Source: Selaginella moellendorffii
Lineage: Eukaryota > Plantae > Lycopodiophyta
Assembly (NCBI RefSeq): GCF_000143415.4
Contig: NW_003314273.1
Span: 1,580,052 to 1,644,051 of the forward strand
Length of the DNA: 64,000 nucleotides
Direction of reading: 5' to 3'
Position 1 is the stretch's first letter. The number at the start of each line of letters is the position of its first letter. The position numbers and the translations under genes are program-made. This document shows, piece by piece, positions 35,033 to 46,000 of this stretch. The notes beneath the pieces are model-generated. The model was given only the letters and a program-made list of their open reading frames with translations. It had not been told where the DNA came from and made no database searches.

Positions 35033-38000
35033 GCTTATAATGGCGTGTGCCCTCATGCCATTTACTTGATCACCAAATACCTTTTTCCCTTTGCACTAGT
35101 ATATCTTAATACCGGTCTGAGAAATAGAATGGCCAGGCCTTTTACTAAATCACCTTTGAAAGAAATGCAAGCCTCTATGTCGTAAAAAAAAGGTACTAGA
35201 GAAATTCCTTAATAATATAAATGTTATTTAGTTTCATGAAAATACACTAAGGGTCAAATGAGTTAAATGACTTCTCCAGACTAGCAATGCCTCTTGCTAC
35301 ACCTTCACAATTAGATTCGTTAGAAAAAGATAACATTGAATAATATCTAAATGTTCTCACCATTAAGTTATATGTCTGGCTAATAGGAATGACGTTCATC
35401 TTGGAAAGCTCACCACACGCTCAATGAACAAACAAATAATGTGTGCGCGCATGCCATAATAAATCTCATTGTCAAGGTGAACAAGCCGAATTTGAAGCTA
35501 AAGAAGAGCGACACAAAGTCACCGCGCTAGTCACCATGCCCCAGACATGTCTAGCCCCTGGACAAAAAACATATAATTTCACGTCATTTTCAAATACTTG
35601 AAAATTTGTACCTAGTCCCATTTTACTGAATAAATCCCACTTTAACGAAATAGAGCTTGCCAATGGTACTTCCTCTTGAGTAAGCCCATCGTCTTGGGCA
35701 CTCCGCTGTCTCCCGCAAAAGGTCCGTCATGACACTCTTCTAAGGCTACCTTCCTTAGTTCCCCTTCTGGAACATACACCCTCGTTTGCTTGTAATAGAT
35801 GAGTCCGTTGCATTCCGCATAACCCATTTTCTCTTCCGTTGGCAGCCCACCTCTCTGGTGAGCTTCCCGTGCCTCTAGATTCCTCAGCAACACTTCTTGT
35901 GCTAGACCATTGTTCTCATATGCTGTCCCCACATCGTCCTAAAAGGTTGCTGTCACACTAGATATCGCCAACTTCAAGCTCGCTTTTCGACTTAGCGCAT
36001 CTACCACGATGTTGCTCTTCCCAGGCTTGTACAAAATTTTGCAATCAAACTCGGCCAAGGCATTGGCCCACCGACCCTGTTTCCATCTCAGATCAGGTTG
36101 TGACAAGAAAGTGTTTCGTTGCCACATTGTCCGTGTAAACCTTGAAGTGTCTCCCAAGGTAGTGTCGCCACTCCTTGAGTGCCTTGACCACCACAAATAG
36201 TTCCTTCTCGTGGGCAGGCCACTTCCTTTGAGCCTTGTCCAACTTCTTCGAGAAGAACGCTACTGGATGGTTGTCTTGCTTCAAAACTGCGCCCAATGCA
36301 AAGTCTAAAGCATCCGTTTCTACCTCGAAGTCCTTACCAAAGTCTGGTAATGCCAACACGGGAGCCTTCCTCAACTTCCCTTTGAGGTGGACGAATGCCG
36401 CCTCGCATTCCGCTGTCCATACCATCTTCCCTTTTCCTGTTTGGTCCGTTAAGGGCAGGGCTACTCTCGAATAGTGTCTGATAAACTTTCGGTAGTAGTT
36501 GCATAGCCCCAGGAACACCCTCAACTCATGTACATTCGATGGTCGCTCCCATTCCTAGATCGCTTGGACCTTCTCCAGGTCCACCTTGAGCCCGTCTTGG
36601 CCCACCACATGCCTGAGAAACTTTACCTCTTGTTGAGCAAAGTCACATTTGCTCTCTTTAGCATACAGTTTGTGTTCCCTTAGTTTCTCAAACACCTTTG
36701 CCAAGTGTTCGGCATGCTCCTCTAGCGTCTCGCTATAGATCAGGATGTCGTTGATATAGACGACCACGAAGTGATCCAGATAGGGTACAAAGATGTGGTT
36801 CATCAACGCCAAAAACGTTGCTGGCGCATTGCACAGCCCAAAGGGCATCACCAAAAACTCAAAGCTCCCATACCTTGTTCGACAGGTTGTCTTCTCGACA
36901 TCTTCCTCAGCTACCCTGATCTGGTAGTATCCTGACCTTAGGTCAATCCTCGAGAAGTATTTTGCCTTTCCCAACCTATCAAACAGGTCCTCAATCCTTG
37001 GCAAAGGGTACTTGTTCTTCTTTGTATATTTGTTGAGCAATCGATAGTCTATGCACATGCGCATAGATCCATCTTTCTTTTTCACAAATAGCACCGATGC
37101 CCCATACGGCGACTTGCTCAACCTAAAATACCCTTTGTCCACCAACTCCTCTAGTTGGCACTTGAGCTCCGCAAGTTCTTTTTCGTTCAAACGGTAAGGG
37201 GGACGAACCACCGCCTCAACACCCTCGACCAGCTCAATCTTATGTTCTATCGGTCGTGCAGGGGGCAATCCCACCGGTAGCTCCTCTGGCATGGTATCCT
37301 GGAATTGGTCCAACACCTGCTGGATCACTAAAGGTACTTCTTCCGTTCCAGTCTTTTTGTCACTTCTCACCGAGAGTAAGCACAAAAATGCAGCCTTGGT
37401 CCCTTTAGTGAGTTGTCCTCTCATGGACACCAGGTTTAGGCACGAATCTTTGGCCTTGCATTGCCCTACCTTTAGATCCTGGGCCTCCACCCTGAATCTT
37501 CTTCCTTGGGCATTCGCTAGTACCACAAAGTTCCTACCTTGTCCATGCAGGGCTACCATGAATCGATTGAACCAATCCATTCCGAAGATCACGTCAAATC
37601 CCGCCATGTCCAACACGCTGAAATCCATGTCTACTTTCCATGTCCCTACTTCGACTCTCGCTTGTCGAAGTACCTCATCGGTGCTTTGGCTACCTTGAAC
37701 AAACTCTATAGTCCTTGGTTCGCCTAGTCGCTGCACCGTTAGTCCGGCTTGCCGGACTATGTCTGCAGCCACAAAATTATCCGAAGCACCCGTGTCAATA
37801 AGGATTTTAACAAAGCTACCTCCGAGCTTCCCTCGGAGGGCTAGTAGATGTCGCGAACGACTCTCTACCAAAGTTGCTCGTGTAATGAGTAACTTTGAGT
37901 TAGGGACTGGATCACATACCTCAATTTGGACTTCACCCGACTTGATGGCCATATTGGCTCTGGCCTTCTTTGGGTAGGGACATTCCCTCGAAAAGTGTCC

Positions 38001-38741
38001 CGCTTCACCGCAGTTGTAGCATATGTTGTTTCCCACGCTGCTATACGACTTGACTTAGGTTCTACTAGAGGTCATGGATGAGGCTAGGGACAAAGCTAGG
38101 CAATAGTGATTCTCCACTTCGCTGGTGTGTTGTCGCGAGAGGCGACACTTACCATTTTATCCGTGGGTTTGTCTCTTTTTGCTTGACTCCCCCACGCACT
38201 CGCTCGCTGGCCACTGGATTAGCCTTTTCGGAACCCCGAGGACTCATTCTTAGAGAAACTCTTCTTGAATTTCCCCCTGCTATACGTTCCCCTTGGTTTG
38301 GCCCCTTTGCTAAACATGGATCCCGACCCTGTCGTGTTCCCCTTTTGCAGGTTATCATTGAAATACACCTTGATGGCCGCATCCAACGCTTCCTTGTAGT
38401 TGGTCGGGTTCCACTGCATCACCTCACTGCGAGCCCAAGTTTGCAAACATGATATGAAGGCATGGAACGCATCCATATCCCCCATGTCCGTGACAAGTAT
38501 CCTCTTTGCCATAAACCCATTCACATACTCCTAAATGGTTCCAGTCTGCTTCAGCCTACTCAGCTCGTCCCTTAGATGCAAGGTAGCATTTGGACGAACG
38601 TAAATCGCACGGATCCTCGCCTTCATCATTTCCGAAGTGGCCACCGGTCCGTCGTTGGCCTCTGTCGTTCTCCACCAAGACTTGGCATTATCTGCCAAAT
38701 ATTGTTTTGCACATGGGACCTTCTCCGAGCTCAGCAACCAC

Positions 38742-39059
38742 CAGCTTCAGCACGTTATGGTGACATCCAGTTGGATCGGATACGACGGGCCAGGACTGAT
38801 GCAGTCCCGTTCTTGCTTCTCACGGCACCAACTACCTCACACTCGGGCGATCACAGCCCTGACAGCTCCACCACACACGCCACTTCGCCAGAGATTGACT
38901 GCTTCACCTGAGCACTTTGCGGGAGAGCATTTTTTCTAGAGAGTCAGCTCTCACCGCTCTTCACACCCTCGTGGGGTGGCGAAGAGTATATGTTGTAAAT
39001 ATTTTGCCACACGCGGTGGTCCCTAGGGGACGATGAGGATAATAAAACACACCCGTTAA
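38742..39059 (+). mobile_element. 5'-truncated non-LTR (LINE/SINE-like) insertion in A3 gag
   Basis: 17-bp duplication CCGAGCTC(A/G)GCAACCAC at 38725-38741 and 39060-39076; ORF tail ending 38911; AATAAA near the 3' end. Confidence 0.65.
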
Positions 39060-39596
39060 CCGAGCTCGGCAACCACAACACTCGGAAGTAGTCCTCCATA
39101 TCGTAAAACCAATCCTCCACCACCTTATATTCGTTCACTCCCTTGAAGACCGGTGGGGGCTTTGGTTTGTACTTGGGAACCGCCTGAAGGACTGATTCCA
39201 CTTCGGTTTGTTCGACCTTTTCTGGTTTTGCCTCAGTCCCTGCCGAAGGGTCCGCACCTTCTACACTGCCAGCATCCGCAGTCTTTCGCTTTTTCTTCTG
39301 CTTCTTGTCACGCTTTAACTTGCGTACGAGAGTCTCGAGTAGGGCATTGGTCTACGCTAATTGGCCTTCTAGAATGTCCAATCGAGCCTTGGACGACCGA
39401 ACCTCGCCACCGGACTCCTGTTTGGAAGTTTCCTCACTAGAGTGCTCCTCATACAAGGATTCCTCATCCATAGCTTCTTGTTCGACCGGAGGCTCCAACT
39501 CTAGCGGAGGTTCCGTCTCCGCCTGGGTTCACTTACACCCTGCCTTTGCCATCTCCCAGCAATCCGCCTCTATCCTTCTCTAGAACTGAGGAAGAG

Positions 39597-39608
39597 GCTC
39601 TGATACCA
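39597..39608 (-). promoter_or_regulatory. PBS complementary to initiator tRNA-Met (family A)
   Basis: TGGTATCAGAGC, 3 nt from the LTR end CTTACA. Confidence 0.92.
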
Positions 39609-39611
39609 AAT

Positions 39612-40429
39612 TGTAAGCCACAAATTTTTCCTTTCCAATTTGCCAGCTTACTTCGTCTATCCGTCCAACACTGCCTTGGCTTTTGCTAAGTTCCCTCGCC
39701 AAGGTTCCCGCCTATGGTACCAGCTCCTACTTAGTCCTACTGGGTTTCAGCTACTCCCTGCAGGAGCAACGGAGTGTTAACCATCCATCCCAAATCCCAA
39801 ATTTTTTCCAATCCCCCTCCTCGGGTTAGACTGGACTTAAGGTTGGGCTACACTCCCCGCAAGCCCAAGCAACCAAGCCCCCCAAGCTTCCAGGTTCCTA
39901 ACATCCCTTGGTACCCCAAGACTTGATCATGGGACCCTCTAAATCCCAAGTTTTGAGTGCAACACTTGCTTCGGGACGCCGGGGTGAAACACCGTGGCCT
40001 AACGACCCGGTATGGGTACCCTTTTACCCCCCCCCCCCCCCCCTGGGAGACGCACGCTTTGGGCTTTCACCCCTTGACCCGTGTTAGTACTCGGACTCGG
40101 TCTCGGACTCGATCTCAGACTCAATCTCAGACCCGACTTCGGACTTGGTCTCAGACTCGATCTCATACTTGATCTCAGACCCGATCTCGGACTCGACTTC
40201 GGACTTGACCTCAGACTCGGTCTTGGACCCGATTTGGATCTCGGACTCGGTCTCGAACTCGGTCTCCGATTCGGCCTCGGATTCGATCCCGGACTCTATC
40301 TCAAACTCAGTCTCAGAGTCAGTCTTGGACTCGATCTTTGACTCGGTCCCATCCGATGAACTCTTTGTCAATTTGTTTATGCTTTTGGGGATCCTTTAGC
40401 CTACGACACCTTGGCGAGTGTTCCTTACA
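39612..40429 (-). repeat. Family-A 5' LTR of A3 (internal ~300-bp deletion at poly-C)
   Basis: TGTAAGCCAC...TTCCTTACA with internal hexamer/dodecamer repeats. Confidence 0.9.
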
Positions 40430-42330
40430 CCGAGTTCCTCCGCACTACCAAGTCCTCTCGCTTGACAAGTCTGTGATCATGCATGGACTCCTCCATGCTC
40501 GGCCCCATGGGCCACCCCTTTTGAAATTAGCACCTTCAACTAGGGGATTTGTTCCCTTGACTTGCCAATCTCATCTAACAAGTCATCTGGCCACCATAAC
40601 ATGGTTCATGCATAAGCGTGAAAGTCCTTAACTATCAACTTTTGTTCAAAACCCTCTCTTTGAACACTCGGGAACTACTTCCCCAACCTTGATAGCCTCG
40701 CCTTATAGCCAGCTTCAAGACCACGCTTCTGTTGTGCCATTTTGATTTCGTGCGCTCTAAAAACCATTTACACTTGGCTTTTTAGATACTTATCCACCTA
40801 GAATTATCTTTGGGAACCTTCAAGGAACTTTGTTCCTTAGCTTGCTAAGGCTTCTTCTTTGCAAGTTCCCTACTCAGCATATGGTCCAATATGGATAATT
40901 CCACATTTTAGACTCTCTATGGCACCGCAGTTGCTAGTAACAACATCCTCGAGTACTCTTTTGATTCTCCACTCCCAGCTTGCATAACCACAGTTGGTTA
41001 TGCCCTTCGATTTTTATAGTTCAGTTCCATCCTAATACTACTTGCCTTTTGGCCCCATATGTTTCCTTTAGTTATTCTCCTCCAGACTAGGAGGATAGCT
41101 TTGCACATTTTACCATGCCTTAGCAAGTATTCATAGGGATGAACCTACCCAATGAATGGTAGGGTTGAAGCCTAGGGAGTGGTTCCTCAATCTGAGCATG
41201 CTCACCTTATAATCCTATACACCGGGATTACTGTTGCTACTTATGGGCCTCGATATGCCCATCACTAGCCTTGCCAAAATCCCATTTTTGACTTTGTCTA
41301 AATCAGGTAGACAGATTCCTCCCTTCTCCACAACCTTGGACGTTTGGATGGCATCTCCTATCAATCATTTGCTAGGGACTTAGTCCCTTAGGCCTTGTCT
41401 ATTGCCCTCGCGACACTAAACACCACCTCCTAGTGTTCCAGAGTGTTTGGGTGTCCCAATGATGGTCTCCTTGACAATGAGCATTTCCTTTTTCGACATT
41501 GACTCCCTATATTGCAACATAAGCAATTTATCCCCGCAAGGGTATATCTAACTTTTCTTATGCCATTAAGAAGTCTTGGGTAGCTACCTTCTACCCGTTT
41601 AACCAATTATCTTGCACCTCTTGTTTAGTTGCCCTATAGTTGTTAAATCCTACAACTCATTGCTTGGTGCTTTCATACCTCCATCATTATTTGGGTCACC
41701 ACACTCCAACCACATGCCTTCCAACTTAGGCTATGCCATTCCCTTGGCAAGGGGTTCCCATGAACCCATCAACATAACCTCAAAGTATCTCATTTTGGCA
41801 CATTTGGTGTCTCCACACCAATGGCTCCAGGAACCTACCTCTATGACACTTCTTACTTGTATTTACTTTTTTGCCAAGACCAAAATAGTTGTTTTTCATG
41901 CCAATTATTAATTAGCACTACACCATAGTGTTCACACACAACTTTATGCCAAAGTTGCTTTCTTTTTTGGGGAACACATTTCCCACGACTTTAGCATGGC
42001 ACATTCTGCCATCGATGAGATACCCTCTGTTTTCATCCTTGGATAATATGATCCCCCCCATCTTTCGTAGGGTACAACACACCTCAGTCCAAATATTTTC
42101 ATCAATCCTTTAGGATTACTCCTTGACTCTATTTGAGTCATCCAGCTTTTTGGACTTTGTCATCTGACGACCCATGAGGTCCTACCTTTGAGGTGCCAAC
42201 TCATTGGAATACAACTTCTTGTATTCAAGTCCTACTCACAAGGACCATCTTTGCAAGTATTACTCCGACACTTGATTTGTTCTCTTGGGGCAACCTTTTG
42301 CCCCTTAGGACCACTTATCCATGTGATGTC
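40430..42330 (-). pseudogene. Highly decayed LINE (L1-like) ORF2 remnant
   Basis: Ordered degenerate motifs GRQMTK, WTEVCCTLRKMG, RYFEV and EKGGICLPDL resemble L1 RT motifs (GRxIxD, WxFLxxxLxxMG, RYLG, GGLGLxDL). Confidence 0.45.
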
Positions 42331-42339
42331 CCTAGGGTC

Positions 42340-42795
42340 TAGGAGACGAACGCTTTGGACTTTCACCCTCTCAAACTTGGACTCGGACTCGGACTTGGAC
42401 TCTAACTCAGACTCGGTCTTGGCCTCGGCCTCGGCCTCAGTCTCGGTCTCAGTCTCGGTCCCAATCTCAATCTCGGTCTCGGTCTCAGTCCCGGTCTCGG
42501 TCCCGGTCTCGGTCTCGACCTTAGACTCCATCTCAGGTCCTTCTCGGACTCCATCTCGGATTCCATCTCAGGTCCATCTCGGACTCCATCTCGGACTCCG
42601 TCTCGGTCCATCTTGGACTCCATCTCGGACTCCATCTTGGGTCCATCTCGGACTCCATCTCGAGTCCATCTCAGGACTCCATCTTGGGTCCATCTCGAAC
42701 TCCATCTCGGACTCCGTCTCGGTCCATCTCGGACTCCATCTTGGGTCCATCTCAGACTCCATCTCGGGTCCATCTCGGGCTCCATCTCGGGTCCC
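42340..42795. repeat. LTR-A-like fragment with tandem array (GGTCTC hexamers, then GGACTCCATCTC/GGGTCCATCTC units)
   Basis: Begins with CGCTTTGGACTTTCACCC as in A LTRs; ~20 units of 11-12 bp. Confidence 0.8.
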
Positions 42796-43059
42796 TTTTT
42801 AGAGCCTCACTTATTACTCGCTTCGCGCTCATTCCTCAAGCACTTTGTTGAGAGTTCCACTCCCGCTCTCGACCTTTCAAGTCGAAGCTTTTAGTCCAAA
42901 CGTGTTACTCTTGTTTGGCTTTTGCTTCGGCCACTACCACATGGCACCCTTCTGGCTCCACTTTGGGGCCTAGGGATTTTGTGTCTCACATAAGGAAAGA
43001 ATATCGAAAAAGACAGCCGACAAGTAACTTTCAATACCTAAAGTCATATTTGCAACAAT

Positions 43060-46000
43060 GGTTCCCAAATTCTCTCCCAATCCCCCCGTCCTAAGTTAGA
43101 CTGGAGTTAGGTTCAACTACACTCCCCACAGGAACAAGTAGCCAAACACACTAAGTCTCCAAGTTCCTAACATCCCTTGATACAACAAGACTTAATCAAG
43201 GGACCCTTTAAATCCTAACTCTTTGGTGCATCACTTGCCTCAAGACCCTGGGGGGAAACACTATTGCCTAATGGCCCAGTATAGGTATCTCTACTCCCCT
43301 CCCCCTTACCATCCTGAAGGGAAGACCTAAGCCCTTGGGAACTAGGAAGGAGCAAGGACCAATGAGCCGTAAGATACTCAAATGGGGCACCACTCCACAT
43401 AAGTTGAGAGCACCACAGTCGGTTTTTTTTTTAGGAGTGGGAGCTGCTCTTGAGCACTTCCTTGGGTGGCTCCTTTGGCACTACCTGAGTCCATGCTCAC
43501 TCCCACCCAAGGCCCTTAAGCCCTAGTCTCAAGCACAACTAGAGAATTCCTTCAAAATTGGGTCCGAGATGGAGTCCGAGATGGACCCGAGATGGAGTCC
43601 GAGATGGAGTCCGAGATGGACCCGAGACTAACCCCCCCCCCCGGCCCCCCCCCCCCTCCCACCGCCCTTAAGGAAGAATGCTTTGGGCTTTCACCCCATG
43701 ACTTGTGTTAGTATTCAGACTCAATCTCGGACTCTATCTTGGACTCGATCTCAAACTCAACCTCGGACTTGGTCTTGGACTCGATCTCGGACCTGAGCTT
43801 GGACCCGAAATTGGGCTCAAACTTGGTCTCAATCTCGAACTGGATCTTGGATCTCGAACTTGATCTTAAATTCAGTCCCGGACTTGTTCTCAAACTTGGT
43901 CTCTGTTAAGCACCAACTTTAACTATGTGGTCAATGTCGGTCAAAGGGAGGCTCAAGGGTATATTAAGGCATGTTAGGGTAAAGGACTTAACCTACCTTA
44001 AGGGCTCATAGTGGAGCAGTGGCGCAGTGGAGCTTTTGAGGTAGCTCGGGGGTGGTTGGGTGGTGAGGAACCTCAAGAGGTGGTATCAGAGGAGTTAGTT
44101 GCGATGGCCGACCAAGCTGAATGCTGGAATCCTATTGTCGATGGTGGTGCCGACGATGGTGCCGACAAAGCTGTGGAGATTTTGACTATTCAAGATGTGG
44201 TTCATGAGCTATGAGCCCTTAATCGAAATTAGCAAGAGACGCAAGACGAGATGCATGGCATGATGGATACCATGCATGGGCGTGTTGAGGCACTCAAGGA
44301 TGGACGGGGTAGCACTCCAAGTAAGCCTTCTTTGGTAGATCGACTTAAGATTCCAACTTTTTCCGGTGATGGTGGTATGGACGAGTGTCTCGCTTGGCTA
44401 GCCAATGTGAAGAAGTTCTTGGATGCTAGAGGAACTCCAAATGCAGAGGCTTTAGTGGCTATTCCGATGGTTTTGCGTGATGCGGGTCTTTGATGGTGGA
44501 ATTGGCTTGAGGAGTCCCATATTGTGGATAAGAAACCACCAGTGTCTACCATGGATGAGTTTGAGGCTGCTTTCCATTTACGTTTTGCCCCTCATTACGA
44601 CGTGGAGAATGCTCGTACAGAACTTCGCCATTTCCAGCAAGGGAAAATGACGCTCGGGGACTATATTAAGAAGCTTACTCACTTGATTAGTCGTGTTCCA
44701 ACGAAGGATCCAGATCAGAACAAGTCCTACTTCATTGGTGGCCTATATAGTGAGAGCATGCGGCAACACTTGTGTCATTCTCAGCCTACAAAGAGTTTGG
44801 AGGAGCTCTTTGATGCAGCTCATCGACTTGACAATGACAAGCACAAGTTTCGCAAGTGTTCGCGGAGTCCTTCTGTCGAGAATCGTCATGATGATCGCCG
44901 TGGACACAAGGATGGGAACAAGCATCACAAGTTGAAGTCGGTGGTGACTACTTCAGATGCAAAGGGGTCCAAGAAGCAGAAGTTCTTTGTGAAGAATTAT
45001 AGACAGGGTTGTCATCATTGCGATGAACTTGGACACTACAAGGCTGATTGTCCGCAGTTGAAGAACAAGCAGCAGGACAAGAAGAATGGCCAATCTTCTT
45101 CTCACGGTAAGTCAGATACTAAAAAGTTGCAAACTTTGCAGCGTGAGGATAAGGGGAACAACCATTCCAGTCAGAGGAAGCGACTTTCAATCGTTGCTCG
45201 TCAGCTCAACTGTGTGTAGAACAAGATGGAGCTCGAGGATACGTGTGAATCAGCTTTAATGCTGGAGGGCGTGTTCCGTGGTGATCCAGTGCAGATTTTG
45301 CTAGATAGTGGGAGCGATGACAACTTTGTTTCGGCAAAGTTTGTTGCGGAGCATGGCCTGGTCACACGAGGAGTTCTTCCATACACAGTGGAAGGTGTAG
45401 CTACCTCTACTCAGCATTTCGATGCTTGTGTCAAGGGGCTGGAAGTGTTGGTTGGCAAAACCACACTTGTGGAGACATTTTATCTCGCGGATATCTATCG
45501 TGTGGATCTCATTTTTGGGATGCCATGGTTGGTGAAGGTGGATCCCGAGATAAAGTGGAGTATTAAGCGTATCTCGCTGGAGTATAGTGGCGTTAAAGAT
45601 GTGTGGTTTGGTGAGGGCATTCAGCCACCAGTTGGTATGCTCTCTGCTACATCTTTGAAGCGGGCTTATCGTAATGGAAAATCACTTTTGAGTTACTTGC
45701 TGTTTGTTCGTGACTTGGGGGATCCAGGCACGTGTGGGGAAGAAGCAGTAGTATGGGATGTACTTGACGAGTTTTCTGATGTTTTTCCATCTGAACTTCC
45801 TCATGGATTGCCTCCGTTACGAGGTGTGGAGCATGGGATTACATTGGAGCCGGGGACGCGGCCAATTTACCAGTGTCCATTTTGGTTAAGTTATGCGGAG
45901 GAGCAAGAAGTTCAATAACAAGTCAAGGAGTTACTTGAGTTTGGATTTATTCAGCCAAGTAAGTCTCTGTTTGGTGCTCCGATCTTGCTTGTGAAGAAGA

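Larger units (their letters stand above)
25066..35457. repeat. Dispersed 22-bp palindrome ATGGCRTGWGGCCWCAYGCCAT, ~25 copies
   Basis: Starts at 25066, 25368, 26445, 26520, 27756, 27911, 28047, 28305, 28440, 28536, 28641, 28782, 29905, 31183, 31243, 31320, 32944, 33041, 33111, 34134, 34280, 34440, 34520, 35040, 35436; half-site at 34633. None noticed outside element D. Confidence 0.92.
24972..35658. mobile_element. 10.7-kb TIR DNA transposon 'D' (24-bp TIRs, 4-bp TSD; superfamily uncertain, possibly Sola-like)
   Basis: Perfect TIR AAGCTCTATTTCGTTAAAGTGGGA at 24972-24995 and 35635-35658. TSD GCCA (24968-24971, 35659-35662). Removal restores the A integrase TATCTGGCCA(G/A)TGGTACTT. Confidence 0.93.
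22386..40429 (-). mobile_element. Ty3/Gypsy chromovirus family-A copy A3, interrupted by DNA transposon D and two small inserts
   Basis: Chromodomain ~23690-23880, INT 24085-24971 and 35659-35932, RH 36093-36524, knuckle-protease-RT 36555-38036, gag 38160-39552, PBS 39597-39608, 5' LTR 39612-40429. Confidence 0.92.

Noticed and set aside
24972-35658. Element D as bacterial or plasmid contamination because of the ParB-like motif
   Set aside because: It has spliceosomal introns, TIRs and a TSD cleanly interrupting a plant retrotransposon.
24972-35658. Element D as a CACTA or Helitron
   Set aside because: No CACT termini or 3-bp TSD; Helitrons lack TIRs and TSDs.
10883-40434. CTGAG/CCGAG as TSD making 10888-40429 one insertion into element B
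   Set aside because: One mismatch, and the sequence after 40434 is LINE-like, not the continuation of B's gag.
42520-42795. CRISPR-like array
   Set aside because: No unique spacers; simple 11-12-bp tandem units in eukaryotic LTR context.
45217-45219. Programmed gag-pol stop readthrough in element E
   Set aside because: The element has many other in-frame stops, so CAG>TAG decay is the simpler explanation.
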